From the IMG/VR virus record IMGVR_UViG_3300032324_000012, positions 1-61,650 of that record: a stretch of DNA of 61,650 nt; one strand, given 5' to 3'. The notes beneath the pieces are model-generated. The model ran no database searches, was not told the DNA's origin, and saw only the letters and a program-made list of their open reading frames with translations. Position 1 is the stretch's first letter. Every line of letters begins with the position of its first letter. Below are positions 1 through 9,579 of this stretch, in pieces. The translations under genes were made by a program, and so were the position numbers. Origin of the DNA: a virus. Its lineage: Duplodnaviria; Caudoviricetes.

Positions 1-123
1 CATTTGCTGATGGCGCTCGGATGGGTTGTGAATTGTGTAGCCGATCCCATAGAACTCGCGTACGTGACAGCCGTTCTTGGCTACGGCTCCAACTAGCCCC
101 AACAGTAGTAACAGCAAGAACCA
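1..123. repeat. Terminal direct repeat (circular assembly overlap), copy 1
   Basis: 1-123 (catttgctga...gcaagaacca) is identical to 61528-61650. Confidence 0.97.
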
Positions 124-129
124 ACGCAT

Positions 130-225
130 TTACCATATCCCAGCCCATGCAATCACGTAAGAGCAAAAGACCACAAAGCAGAAGATTGCGGCGAAGGCTA
201 CGATAGCTTCCACCCAATCCCACAT
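130..225 (-). CDS. 31-aa single-TM peptide (not in ORF track)
   Basis: Hand translation MWDWVEAIVAFAAIFCFVVFCSYVIAWAGIW*; fills the gap between neighbouring minus-strand genes exactly, with its TAA directly before the next ATG at 129. Confidence 0.6.
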   Translation of the reverse strand: MWDWVEAIVAFAAIFCFVVFCSYVIAWAGIW

Positions 226-226
226 G

Positions 227-421
227 CTATAGCCCCAAAACCTTTTTTAGTAGTTCGCCTGCGACTCCGGGGCCGAACAGGACGCACACAATCACCCCAT
301 ACAAAAGGTACTCAATCTTAGTCATGCGCTTGTCCCCATCACGCAAAGAACGATCAATGCTGTTGTATCGTTCAGTGCAGATGGCTTCGTGTACGGCTAA
401 TTTTGTTTCAGTGGTGTCCAT
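227..421 (-). CDS. Small membrane protein, possible lysis-associated (holin/antiholin-like)
   Basis: Likely start MDTTETKL at 421; C-terminal hydrophobic segment YLLYGVIVCVLFG; lies between tail genes and lysis genes. Confidence 0.6.
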   Translation of the reverse strand: MDTTETKLAVHEAICTERYNSIDRSLRDGDKRMTKIEYLLYGVIVCVLFGPGVAGELLKKVLGL

Positions 422-423
422 GA

Positions 424-1311
424 TTAGAACGTGATTGAGCCTGAACTCGTCCACTGATAAACTCTAAAACCATTTGCTGTTGTTATCGTTGGTGAGCCAG
501 TTGTAGATGTTGCAAGTTTAAATGTGTCGGGGTAACGAATGATGACGATACCCGAACCGCCAGAACCTCCAGCTAAGTTTGATCCAGTGCCGTTGTTACC
601 CGGCCCTCCGCCTCCACCGCCAGTGTTTGCTGTACCTGCTGAACCTGCGGTATTACCTGTGCCACCTGCACCGCCACCGCCAACACCACCTGTGCCAGCA
701 GTAGATTGACTTCCACCGCCACCACCACCAGCATAAGCCGTTCTAGTTCCAGAAATATCAGATGCAACACCTCCGCCACCACTGGAAGCTGGTGTGGAAC
801 TACCAACCGTTCCAGCACCTCCGCCACCACCAGCGTTATATGGTGCGGCATTAGCAATTCCATACCCGCCGCTATTGCCTTGACCATTGATGCCAATTGC
901 AGGGGTGTAGCCTTGGCTTGTTGTATAGCCTCCACCACCGCCAGAGCCTCCAGATTCAGCCGCCGAGCCTCCAACACTTAGGGCATTCCCACCAGAACCA
1001 CCACCTGTAGCAGTGACATTACCAAATACAGAACTGTTACCATTAGCTTTACTGCTAGTTGTTCCTGAACCACCAGCGCCAACAGTAACCGTAATAGAAG
1101 AACCTTGAGTAATCCCAGTATAGCCAGCCAATAACCCACCAGCGCCCCCACCAGCAGAAGAGCCAGTACTGTTACTGCAAAAAGCTCCCGAACCGCCACC
1201 AGCAACAACCAAGTACTCCACATTAGGTGGAGCAATTCCTGTCCAGTTTTGGTTTCTAACGGTTTGGGATACTTGCCCAAGCGTCCACATTCCAGAATAT
1301 TGTTGGGGCAT
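424..1311 (-). CDS. Glycine-rich domain virion/adhesin-like protein (paralog 4)
   Basis: VEYLVVAGGG N-motif, poly-Gly runs, GGSGIVIIRYP...WTSSGSITF C-motif shared with three neighbours. Confidence 0.8.
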   Translation of the reverse strand: MPQQYSGMWTLGQVSQTVRNQNWTGIAPPNVEYLVVAGGGSGAFCSNSTGSSAGGGAGGLLAGYTGITQGSSITVTVGAGGSGTTSSKANGNSSVFGNVTATGGGSGGNALSVGGSAAESGGSGGGGGYTTSQGYTPAIGINGQGNSGGYGIANAAPYNAGGGGGAGTVGSSTPASSGGGGVASDISGTRTAYAGGGGGGSQSTAGTGGVGGGGAGGTGNTAGSAGTANTGGGGGGPGNNGTGSNLAGGSGGSGIVIIRYPDTFKLATSTTGSPTITTANGFRVYQWTSSGSITF

Positions 1312-1312
1312 C

Positions 1313-1735
1313 TTATGCTCCTTGTATTACTTCATCCCATGTACCAGCTTCAAGGTTCCATGTATATGTTTTGCCATCTTGCGGATACGCTGGTCGCACA
1401 ACCCATGAGGTGTCAGACTCACGCCATACATAATCTGCGCCATCAGTAGGCATAGGAGTTGGAGCACCCCATTGGCAAGTATCTTCGTTCAATACCCACG
1501 AAGTAAAAGGCTTTGGCGGAATAAATGCATCACGCACTAAGTCGTATGAGTAACCAATACCCGCAAAGTTTTTGCGTAATGGCGTACCGCCACCATTATG
1601 TATACCGCCATATGTGTTGTATGAGGTTTGAATCCACTCGGATGGATCGCCCCAGTGACCTGTTGCCAAAACGTCAGCTTCAATGACAATAACTTGGTCA
1701 ACGATGCCGTTATTGATGTGTGCAAAATGTGCCAT
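1313..1735 (-). CDS. Tail-associated protein (possible fibre assembly/chaperone-like)
   Basis: MAHFAHIN...WIQTSYN...RKNFAGIGYSYD...FIPPKPF.SW; Trp/Pro-rich; embedded in the Gly-rich gene cassette. Confidence 0.65.
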   Translation of the reverse strand: MAHFAHINNGIVDQVIVIEADVLATGHWGDPSEWIQTSYNTYGGIHNGGGTPLRKNFAGIGYSYDLVRDAFIPPKPFTSWVLNEDTCQWGAPTPMPTDGADYVWRESDTSWVVRPAYPQDGKTYTWNLEAGTWDEVIQGA

Positions 1736-1744
1736 GATTTTCCT

Positions 1745-2599
1745 TTAAAAAGTTACAGTTCCAGATGCTGTCCAAGTGTAAATCTGATAGCCATCAGAGT
1801 AGGAAATTTGTGGGTTTCCAGTTGTAGAAGTTGGTGCTGATTGTGTTGCAGGATAACGAATGATTACGATGCCAGACCCACCATTTGAGCCAAGACCACC
1901 GTTACCAGAGCCACCACCTCCACCTCCGCCCGTATTGCCAGTTGCGTTTGCAGGTGCAGAACCGCTTGAAGCTGTATTCCCACTTGCGCCACCACCTGCT
2001 CCGCCAAAACTTTGAGAGCCAGTGGTATACCAACCGCCACCTCCACCACCAGCATAAAATTGTCTTCTACCAGTGATGGTTGAACACATACCCGCGCCAC
2101 CATCACCTGCTTTTATAGATGCAATTCCGTTTTGCCCAACAGAACCTGCTCCACCTCCGCCACCTGCGGTTGTTGAAGTGCCACTGCCACCACCTCCAGC
2201 AAAACCTTGTCCAGAAGTTCCAGCGGCCCCATTACTACTACCCGCCCCATTTCCACCGCCACCAGAGCCGCCTGTTGCAGGAGCTACGTTACCCGGAGCA
2301 ATACCGCCTGCGCCACCACCTGTGGCTGTTATAGAACTAAAAACAGAGTTTGAACCGCTTGTGCCTTGGTTGTTTTCTGTTGCGCCTTTTACACCACCAG
2401 CACCAATAGTAACTGTCAATGCAGAGCCTGTAGCAACGGCAAAATTAGCCGCAGTTAAAAGACCGCCAGCGCCACCGCCGCCACCAATACCACCACCACC
2501 TGAGCCACCTCCAGCAACTACCAAATATTCAACGGTTGCAGGCGCACCAGACAACGGATTGAATGTTGCAGTTATAAAACCACCTTGTCTATTGCTCAT
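1745..2599 (-). CDS. Glycine-rich domain virion/adhesin-like protein (paralog 3)
   Basis: VEYLVVAGGG ... GGSGIVIIRYP ... WTASGTVTF. Confidence 0.8.
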   Translation of the reverse strand: MSNRQGGFITATFNPLSGAPATVEYLVVAGGGSGGGGIGGGGGAGGLLTAANFAVATGSALTVTIGAGGVKGATENNQGTSGSNSVFSSITATGGGAGGIAPGNVAPATGGSGGGGNGAGSSNGAAGTSGQGFAGGGGSGTSTTAGGGGGAGSVGQNGIASIKAGDGGAGMCSTITGRRQFYAGGGGGGWYTTGSQSFGGAGGGASGNTASSGSAPANATGNTGGGGGGGSGNGGLGSNGGSGIVIIRYPATQSAPTSTTGNPQISYSDGYQIYTWTASGTVTF

Positions 2600-2608
2600 G
2601 TCTATTCC

Positions 2609-4060
2609 TTAGAAGGTGATTGAACCACTGGATGTCCATCTGTACACACGGTTTTTGTAGCCAGAGCCTGTAGCAAATGGCGACAGTTGATTCCATGCCA
2701 CAGAATTGTATACAGTAGGTCTAAATGCGTTGCTAGAACTGTCTACTAAATATGCGCCAGATACAGTATTCAACAAAATGCCAGTACCGCTAACAGGAGT
2801 TAATGGCGCAGTTAATGGTGCAAATGCGGCAGTGTAAACCGCAGTACCTTTAACAATACGAAAATTACTTATGTTCCCAGAAAAATAATTAGCGGCGCTG
2901 GTTTCAGCGCCAACTCCAAGATCACCACCATAATCAATGTTTGCAGAACTTGTTCCAGACGCAACTAAAGTGCCATCAATATACATAGCCATAGCAGTAC
3001 CGTTTCTCACTACGGCAACGTGATACCAAGTATTTGTGCTTAGTGTTGTGCTAGTTAGAACAGCACTTGCGTTCATGTAAAAAATTATGTTTGATGCGGC
3101 TCTAACCGCCAACCCCCATCCAGCCGCCAAAGTAGAAGGATTGGCTTGAACTCCAATGTAACGATTGTTGGCAAAATTTGAAATGTAAACAAATGCTTCA
3201 ATAGTAAAAGAACCAGTCCCAAGATTGTAGGCGGCATTGTTTGCATACTGTAGATATTGCGAAGTTCCATTAAAACTCAAACTACCCGACCCACTTGTAC
3301 TTACAGTTGGTGAACCTGTTGTAGCTGTTGCCGCCGCATATACGTCTGGGTATGAAACAATGACAATGCCTGAGCCGCCAGTACCACCCGAAACTGCGTA
3401 AGAACCGCCAGAGCCACCACCAGTATTTGCTGTGCCGCTGTTTGCGTTGCCAGAAGCATTAGACACGGCATTACCACCACCGCCAGCGCCGCCAAGACCC
3501 TGAGTGCCAGAACCTGATCCACCACCACCACCCGAATACGCAGTCATGGTTCCAGAGATTGGCAAAGCAACGCCTTGACCGCCGTCGCCACCGCCGCCGC
3601 CAGCGCCGTTAAAAGAATCAAGACCCGCTGATCCAGCGCCTCCGCCAGCACCTGAAAATGTAGTGCCAGAAGTATTGTTTCCACCAGAGTTACCTTGAAC
3701 GCCGACGGCTGGGCCACCAAGTAAAGTACCGCTGTGATTGCCACCAGCACCAGAACCACCAAGACCTGAATTAGTTCCCAAACCACCACCACCAATAGCA
3801 ATAATTTGGCTGAATTGAGAGCTTGCACCTATAGTACCAGTTGCGCCGCCAGCGCCAACAGTTACTGTTAAAGCAGAGCCAGATGTAACGGGGCAAGAAC
3901 CGTTTAGTAATCCACCCCCACCGCCACCGCCAACAGTGCCGCATCCACCACCTCCAGCAACAACTAAATAGTCAACTGATGGAGGCTTAATGCCTGTAGT
4001 CCATGCGCCTTGTTGAATGGCCTGATTAACTTGCTTGAGATTGAATAAACCTTGTGCCAT
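2609..4060 (-). CDS. Glycine-rich domain protein with inserted LamG/ConA-like lectin domain (paralog 2)
   Basis: Gly-rich module plus SLSFNG...FTIEAFVY...TWYHVAVVRNG...MYIDG...FSGNISNFRIVKG, a LamG-like pattern. Confidence 0.8.
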   Translation of the reverse strand: MAQGLFNLKQVNQAIQQGAWTTGIKPPSVDYLVVAGGGGCGTVGGGGGGGLLNGSCPVTSGSALTVTVGAGGATGTIGASSQFSQIIAIGGGGLGTNSGLGGSGAGGNHSGTLLGGPAVGVQGNSGGNNTSGTTFSGAGGGAGSAGLDSFNGAGGGGGDGGQGVALPISGTMTAYSGGGGGSGSGTQGLGGAGGGGNAVSNASGNANSGTANTGGGSGGSYAVSGGTGGSGIVIVSYPDVYAAATATTGSPTVSTSGSGSLSFNGTSQYLQYANNAAYNLGTGSFTIEAFVYISNFANNRYIGVQANPSTLAAGWGLAVRAASNIIFYMNASAVLTSTTLSTNTWYHVAVVRNGTAMAMYIDGTLVASGTSSANIDYGGDLGVGAETSAANYFSGNISNFRIVKGTAVYTAAFAPLTAPLTPVSGTGILLNTVSGAYLVDSSSNAFRPTVYNSVAWNQLSPFATGSGYKNRVYRWTSSGSITF

Positions 4061-4066
4061 AAAACC

Positions 4067-4924
4067 TCAAAATGTTATTGTTCCAGACGAAATCCACTCG
4101 TATACACGCCAGTTTCCTGTGATGTATATAGCAGGAGAACCTGTTGTAGATGCGGCTGGGGATAAATATGATGGATAGCGAATGATTACGGTTCCAGAAC
4201 CACCTGCGGCTCCAACTTGTACATTTGCCCCGCCACCACCACCTGAGCCTGTATTTACCACACCGCTTGTAGCCATCGAAGTTATGGATGTCAAAGGGTA
4301 GTCAGCACCACCTTGACCAGCATTATTAGAGCCACCGAAGTTTCCAGCAACTTTGTAAGACCCACCACCGCCACCAGCCGCGTACACTACTGGGTTGCCA
4401 CTCAAAGTAGAAACTGCGCCTGCGCCGCCACGACCCGCCCTGCTTACGTTTGAAAAACTAGCTTGGCCTGCCGAACCCGCACCTCCACCGCCACCACCGT
4501 TGTAAGGATCGCTGTTATACCCAACACCACCATTATTACCTTGCCCAGCAGTGCCAGAACCTACTGTTCCACCGCGAGAAGCACCTCCGCCAGAGCCACC
4601 AGAACCACCATTTTGGGAATCTTCAGCACCATAACCACCGCCTACAGCGGTAATATTTCCAAAGACAGAATTACCGCCCTGAGTTCCATTTCCACCGCCA
4701 CCCGTAGTGCCTGCACCGCCAGCGCCGATAGTCACCGTAATAGATGATCCAACAGTAACAGGATACCCAATAGCAGTTAAAAAACCACCACCGCCACCGC
4801 CACCTGCTTTGTTACCACCGCCTCCACCACCTCCAGCAACGACAAGATACTCAACTGATGTGGTGGGTGTAGCTATGCCGTTGACAACGGTAGAAATGTA
4901 ACCGCCAACTTTATTCAGAGACAT
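4067..4924 (-). CDS. Glycine-rich domain virion/adhesin-like protein (paralog 1)
   Basis: VEYLVVAGGG ... GGSGTVIIRYP ... WISSGTITF. Confidence 0.8.
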   Translation of the reverse strand: MSLNKVGGYISTVVNGIATPTTSVEYLVVAGGGGGGGNKAGGGGGGGFLTAIGYPVTVGSSITVTIGAGGAGTTGGGGNGTQGGNSVFGNITAVGGGYGAEDSQNGGSGGSGGGASRGGTVGSGTAGQGNNGGVGYNSDPYNGGGGGGAGSAGQASFSNVSRAGRGGAGAVSTLSGNPVVYAAGGGGGSYKVAGNFGGSNNAGQGGADYPLTSITSMATSGVVNTGSGGGGGANVQVGAAGGSGTVIIRYPSYLSPAASTTGSPAIYITGNWRVYEWISSGTITF

Positions 4925-4936
4925 GAAAGCCTCCTA

Positions 4937-5338
4937 TCAGGTGATTGCTTCAAATGTGGCTGTGTAGTTCAACGCACTACCTGTACCAGAGATCACGCCC
5001 ACAGACTGGTTCTCAGTCACGTAGAACGATGTCGTCTTGTCGGTAACAATCACAGAAGCGTTCGGGGGAACGCTAACTTGATACGCAATGTAATACGGTG
5101 TACCGCTTGCATAGGTCGCATTGTTTGAAATAGCCACAGTACAAGTTGCCGCAGATGAAGTGACGTTAGCCACAACAATGCTGGTCACACGGTTTACTGT
5201 ACCAGCCGCAGGTGTCAAGCCTGTCAGCGAAGTTGTACCGTTGTGTGTCCACGCAACTGAAACAGAAGTATTTGACGGAATAACATATGCTGAATTACCG
5301 TAAATACTCGTGACGTTGACAATGTTTGGATTTGCCAT
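4937..5338 (-). CDS. Virion structural protein (beta-rich)
   Basis: 133-aa T/S/V-rich ORF with RBS (aggag) in the tail operon. Confidence 0.7.
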   Translation of the reverse strand: MANPNIVNVTSIYGNSAYVIPSNTSVSVAWTHNGTTSLTGLTPAAGTVNRVTSIVVANVTSSAATCTVAISNNATYASGTPYYIAYQVSVPPNASVIVTDKTTSFYVTENQSVGVISGTGSALNYTATFEAIT

Positions 5339-5347
5339 GTTTGCTCC

Positions 5348-6019
5348 TTAGAATCCGAAGATCATCGCCATAGCGATGGATTTACCTGTTGTAATACCAG
5401 CCGTACCCCACTGAGGTGCCGTGCCCCCACTATTTACGACCAATGCTTGACCCGCAGTGCCAATACCCAAGCGTATAACGTCTGTACCGTTAAAGTACAT
5501 CGTATCACCTGCGGTCGTTGTAGGAGCCAGCGCATCGAACGCGGCTACCGCTGAAGTCTGTCCAGTACCGCCGTTGGCGATAGGCACTGCGCCAGTAAGC
5601 CCCGATGCTGGGATAACGCTAGATGCAACCTTAACAAAATCAGAACCATTCCAAGCAGCAAGGCACTTCTCACCTGATACGATCGTAACGCCTGTCGTTG
5701 GGCCAGCGCCGCGAAGAACAATAGAGCCTGTACCAGCGTTAATGACAGCGTAGGCTTTACTTTGTGCAGGGGCTGTGATATTGCGAGTGGTTGCGCCGTT
5801 GCTTGCAGTCCACAGCAAAATGGCTTGACGGGCTTGGTTAGCCGCAAGTGTCGTCGTTGTCAGCGTAACATCTGTATCTGTGCTGAGAGTTGTTGTACCC
5901 GCAACGGCACTATCAAGTAGTGACGTAATTGCAGTGTTGACGGTATCGCCCCAAGTACCAGACAACTCTCCGGTAACTGGAAGGGCAAGACCCAATAGTG
6001 ACGTTGCTTGCGTAGTCAT
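5348..6019 (-). CDS. Tail fibre-like protein
   Basis: LGLALPVTGELSGTWGD N-terminus; VPIANGGTG and LGIGTAGQAL fibre-type repeats; C-terminal GKSIAMAMIFG. Confidence 0.65.
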   Translation of the reverse strand: MTTQATSLLGLALPVTGELSGTWGDTVNTAITSLLDSAVAGTTTLSTDTDVTLTTTTLAANQARQAILLWTASNGATTRNITAPAQSKAYAVINAGTGSIVLRGAGPTTGVTIVSGEKCLAAWNGSDFVKVASSVIPASGLTGAVPIANGGTGQTSAVAAFDALAPTTTAGDTMYFNGTDVIRLGIGTAGQALVVNSGGTAPQWGTAGITTGKSIAMAMIFGF

Positions 6020-6028
6020 TTAAAACTC

Positions 6029-6919
6029 CTATGTTGGAATATCTGTCCATCCGGGATTTTGGATCGTCGACACATCACCCCAGTTTGCTGTTTGTGTGTC
6101 GTTAATCACTGACCATCCCCGAATAAATACAGTTCCAATTGCTCCAGTACCTTGTACTCCCACCGGGATTACTCTGTCGCTTACTTTAACTGAAACTGTG
6201 CCAATTTGTCCAGAGCCTTGGACTCCAATTACGTTTTTAATTACATTCGCAATTGCAGTACCAACTCGGCCTGTACCCACTACTCCTGTTGGTATTGCCC
6301 CGCCGTTATAGACAAGCGTTACGCTACCAACAGAACCAATACCTTGAATACCCGTTGGGATGAGGGTTTCGCTCACATTGATCTGAACGCTACCAACATT
6401 ACCCGTACCCAGTACCCCAGCAGGTGTGAATTGGATATACGGAACCGTAGTACCTATAGCGCCACTACCCTGCACTCCAGTAACTGTGATCGTACGACCA
6501 ACTCGGAGTACGGGCGTACCAACTGCGCCTATACCTTCAACACCAATTGGGATGATAAAATCATCTACGTTGGTAAAAAAGTCACCAATCTGCCCAACAC
6601 CCTGCACGCCCGTCGGTGTGTAAACGACTTTAGCCCTTACATCACCAATAGACCCGTTAGCCACCACGCCCGTAAGCGTGAAGTTAACTTTTGGCAGAGT
6701 TGTACCAACCGCACCTGTAGCAGAAACGCCTGTGGGTACAAACGTAACCGATACTGAAATTCCAACTGTCCCGACAGCGCCCGTACCCTGTACAGAAATA
6801 CTGCCCTTGCCCCAAGGAGAAACACCCCAGCCTTGACTACCCCAGCCATCTAGCGGGAAGACTATACCCTCGCCGCCCCAGCCGTTATAGCCCCAAGGAT
6901 ATTCGCCCCATGAAGACAC
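6029..6919 (-). CDS. Repeat-rich virion protein
   Basis: About 12 repeats of PTGVxGxGxVGT; WG-rich N-terminus. Confidence 0.7.
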   Translation of the reverse strand: MSSWGEYPWGYNGWGGEGIVFPLDGWGSQGWGVSPWGKGSISVQGTGAVGTVGISVSVTFVPTGVSATGAVGTTLPKVNFTLTGVVANGSIGDVRAKVVYTPTGVQGVGQIGDFFTNVDDFIIPIGVEGIGAVGTPVLRVGRTITVTGVQGSGAIGTTVPYIQFTPAGVLGTGNVGSVQINVSETLIPTGIQGIGSVGSVTLVYNGGAIPTGVVGTGRVGTAIANVIKNVIGVQGSGQIGTVSVKVSDRVIPVGVQGTGAIGTVFIRGWSVINDTQTANWGDVSTIQNPGWTDIPT

Positions 6920-6929
6920 TTCAACTCAC

Positions 6930-7385
6930 TTACGCAATACGAATAATCGCAGTAGCGGCACCGGCGGTTGGGAACTGAATTGTGAAGTCACCAGAACTTA
7001 CTTGCTGGTCACCGCCAAAACTCAATACCGCGCACGCAGCGCCAGAAGCCGTCGAGTTATAAATCAATCCACCACAAGTTGTGAACGTTGCAGAAGACCA
7101 AGTAGTGTCAGCAAAGTCACAGATCGCAGTTGTACCGTCAGCCACAGGCGTAACAGATGTCAAAGTATTACCCGCTGTTGTATAGCCACTGCCGTTAGCC
7201 AACTCGTCACCACCCATGTTTGAGTAGTTTGTGGTTGCTGCGCCGTATGTGCCAGAACCAGCGGCTGTAGCCTTGAACAAAGCGAGTTTAAATGTGTTAC
7301 CGGTGCTTGCCGTGAAGTTGTGTACGGCTTTAAGGATTTCGACCTTGAATGAAGTCGGCATCGCCGTGGTGATAGTAATTGCCAT
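6930..7385 (-). CDS. Virion structural protein (paralog of 7674-8090)
   Basis: TSFKVEILKAVH..FKLALF..GYTTAG..CAVLSFGGD pattern shared with the 138-aa neighbour. Confidence 0.7.
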   Translation of the reverse strand: MAITITTAMPTSFKVEILKAVHNFTASTGNTFKLALFKATAAGSGTYGAATTNYSNMGGDELANGSGYTTAGNTLTSVTPVADGTTAICDFADTTWSSATFTTCGGLIYNSTASGAACAVLSFGGDQQVSSGDFTIQFPTAGAATAIIRIA

Positions 7386-7386
7386 G

Positions 7387-7674
7387 TTATTTCTCCAAGA
7401 GAGTTACAAGATCGAAATGCCCCGCATCGCGGAGTTTGTTAGCCAAAGTCGTGTTGTTCGACTCAATAGCGCGGTTCATGTAGAACACCAACACACCACG
7501 GATGTGTTCACGAAAGGCATGAGCCTGATCGCGAATGGCCGGATGGGACTGATCCCCAACATAAATAATTTTGTTCAGGGCTTGCTCTGCAAGTTCTTCT
7601 GGCGTAAACCCACGATGACTCACTGTGTGAACCATCACGTCGCCAATATCCCCTGATGATGTTGCAGCAAACAT
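7387..7674 (-). CDS. Hypothetical protein (late operon)
   Basis: 95-aa ORF tightly packed between neighbours. Confidence 0.65.
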   Translation of the reverse strand: MFAATSSGDIGDVMVHTVSHRGFTPEELAEQALNKIIYVGDQSHPAIRDQAHAFREHIRGVLVFYMNRAIESNNTTLANKLRDAGHFDLVTLLEK

Positions 7675-8090
7675 TACGTAGATGACCTTATCAAAGCTGC
7701 CGTTGCAGTGTTAGCGGGCATTGTGATTGTAAAGTTGGTGGACGTTTTGTCAGAACCAAAATCCAATACAGCAATTGACTTGTTACCTTGTGTTACGTTG
7801 TACATCAACGCGCATCGCGCAGTTACAGAAGCATTAAACACAACATCACTAAAATTTACATACGCGGTGTAGCCCGATGCGTTAAGCGTAACGCCTGTCA
7901 TTACAACACCGCCGGGAGTGTACCCAGTGCCACTTACCTCGTTGATACTGTTATACACAGTTGTGGCTTCGTTTAAATTTGCATCCGCAGAGTACAAAGC
8001 AATCTTGATCGTGTCCGTGAGCAAGTCATGGATACCTTGATACAACTCAGCCTTGAAACTTGTTGTCTGCGTTTGAAGAATGTTACTCAT
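7674..8090 (-). CDS. Virion structural protein (paralog of 6930-7385)
   Basis: TSFKAELYQGIH..IKIALY..GYTPGG..IAVLDFGSD. Confidence 0.7.
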   Translation of the reverse strand: MSNILQTQTTSFKAELYQGIHDLLTDTIKIALYSADANLNEATTVYNSINEVSGTGYTPGGVVMTGVTLNASGYTAYVNFSDVVFNASVTARCALMYNVTQGNKSIAVLDFGSDKTSTNFTITMPANTATAALIRSST

Positions 8091-8737
8091 GTCACAGGCA
8101 TCCGGTATTGGCCATCACGATAAGCATCCATGCGTTGCTTACCATCACCAAAGTTCTTGAGCAGGCCGATCGCTTGTGCGTACAACTTATCGTACACAGC
8201 CGTATCCGTTTGTTCGCCCTTCATGTACCGCAGTGCTTCAATCAATGCGCCGTTAAGGAGAGCAGTGTCAAAGTTGTCGCCAAGCCATGTAGTGCCAGCA
8301 GTCACGATGGACTCAGGGTAATAGAAGTAATGCAACTCAACGCTATACGACGCATCAGGTGTTGGGCCAACAATCAATGACAACTCGGTATCATCTGTTG
8401 ACAGCGGGCCAAATATACCGTAGTGTTTTGGAAGACCTGTACTTGTTGGGTTTGGATATGCTTCACGCATGAAGTTCACATCCTTGTTGAGCAAGTACAA
8501 GTAGTCACCGTTGGCTTTGATCACCGCAAGCGAATAGGGCGAAAGAAAATCAGAAGGCGCAGACAGATACTTGTTGCTTGCTGTCAGTGAACCTATGACG
8601 TTCTTACGCAGGTTAGACAACTGCACCGTGTTGTAAATCTTCTGTTCCGCTTGACGCGTGAACATGTCCAAAGACACATCTTCGAATTCGTTTTCGCAGA
8701 TGTCTTTGATTTGGGTTTTCAACTCGGTGTAGTTCAT
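8087..8737 (-). CDS. Putative head-tail adaptor protein
   Basis: MNYTELKTQI...G.PKHY...GPTPD..Y.VELHY...TTWL...LLNGAL pattern typical of podophage adaptors; position after head genes. Confidence 0.6.
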   Translation of the reverse strand: MNYTELKTQIKDICENEFEDVSLDMFTRQAEQKIYNTVQLSNLRKNVIGSLTASNKYLSAPSDFLSPYSLAVIKANGDYLYLLNKDVNFMREAYPNPTSTGLPKHYGIFGPLSTDDTELSLIVGPTPDASYSVELHYFYYPESIVTAGTTWLGDNFDTALLNGALIEALRYMKGEQTDTAVYDKLYAQAIGLLKNFGDGKQRMDAYRDGQYRMPVT

Positions 8738-8746
8738 GTCTACCTC

Positions 8747-8992
8747 TTAGGCCATGGGGCCGCGTGCCATTCTGCCTTTGGTCTGGGCTTTACCGCCACG
8801 CACCATGATGCCCGACGTCTTTGTAGGCTGATCGCCAGCAGACTTGCTGAGGTTACCAATGCTCATGTTGACAGTATCAACCTTGCTGTGGTTTGGGCCA
8901 CTACCGGGATTCTCAGCAACAGTCACGCCCTTACCACTCATAGTGTGCGGCTTGGCGTAGGACGATGCAGGTTTGTTGTTTACTGTAGCCAT
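8747..8992 (-). CDS. Small basic protein
   Basis: Likely start MATVNNK at 8992; K/G-rich, C-terminal RGGKAQTKGRMARGPMA. Confidence 0.6.
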   Translation of the reverse strand: MATVNNKPASSYAKPHTMSGKGVTVAENPGSGPNHSKVDTVNMSIGNLSKSAGDQPTKTSGIMVRGGKAQTKGRMARGPMA

Positions 8993-8993
8993 A

Positions 8994-9185
8994 TTAACCT
9001 CGCTTTTGCGCTGCAATTTTAGCCAAACCGCGACCCATGGTCTTCATGTCTGCGTTAGTTTTGCCGCCACCAGAGCGACCTTTGCCGCCAGTCTGGATGC
9101 CAACTGCGGGGCCGCTATTGCCCAAATTTTTACCTTCGGTCTTGCCTTTTTTAGCAACGCCGTCTGCTGATCGTGTATATGCCAT
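8994..9185 (-). CDS. Small basic protein
   Basis: 63 aa, K/G-rich, ADGVAKKGKTEG motif; RBS aaggag. Confidence 0.65.
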   Translation of the reverse strand: MAYTRSADGVAKKGKTEGKNLGNSGPAVGIQTGGKGRSGGGKTNADMKTMGRGLAKIAAQKRG

Positions 9186-9195
9186 AGTGATCTCC

Positions 9196-9579
9196 TTAAC
9201 TTACCGTTACTGTACCAACAAATGTCGTTGCCACCAAATAATTTGGTGTTAAAGCGACGTCAAAATTTCTTCCCCCGCCAACCGGAGCCCAGCCCCACTG
9301 GATGTCCCGAGAACCACCGGTCAAATTACCAGTAGCGTTCACACCGGCAGTAACGTACGTTGTATCCCTACGCGGATTGCGTAGAGCCTGTGGGTCATCC
9401 ACGGGGTACATACCCAACTGTAACTGCGGCTGATCAGGGTCCCAGCACTCATTGCAGACCAAGATGTTAAATCGTTTGGTCTTGATTATCTCTTCTTTTA
9501 GATTGCGCAGGCGAAACTGAAAACCACAGCGATCACATATCGCAATGGCTATCTTGCCGGATGCAAACCTATTTCCCAT
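9196..9579 (-). CDS. Zinc-finger (CxxC...CxxC) late protein
   Basis: CDRC and CNEC motifs followed by DPDQPQL. Confidence 0.7.
   Translation of the reverse strand: MGNRFASGKIAIAICDRCGFQFRLRNLKEEIIKTKRFNILVCNECWDPDQPQLQLGMYPVDDPQALRNPRRDTTYVTAGVNATGNLTGGSRDIQWGWAPVGGGRNFDVALTPNYLVATTFVGTVTVS

Noticed and set aside
1-123. 123-bp terminal repeat as a biological DTR or att site
   Set aside because: It falls inside a gene that reads through the junction; most simply an assembler circularisation overlap.
2073-2612. Pro-rich plus-strand ORFs over the Gly-rich genes, and similar shadows such as 46949-47815, 14752-15402 and 23324-23935
   Set aside because: Antisense to well-supported genes, with no RBS or independent motif.
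424-4924. Diversity-generating retroelement or invertible tail cassette
   Set aside because: No reverse transcriptase or invertase, and no near-identical TR/VR pair differing at adenines was seen.
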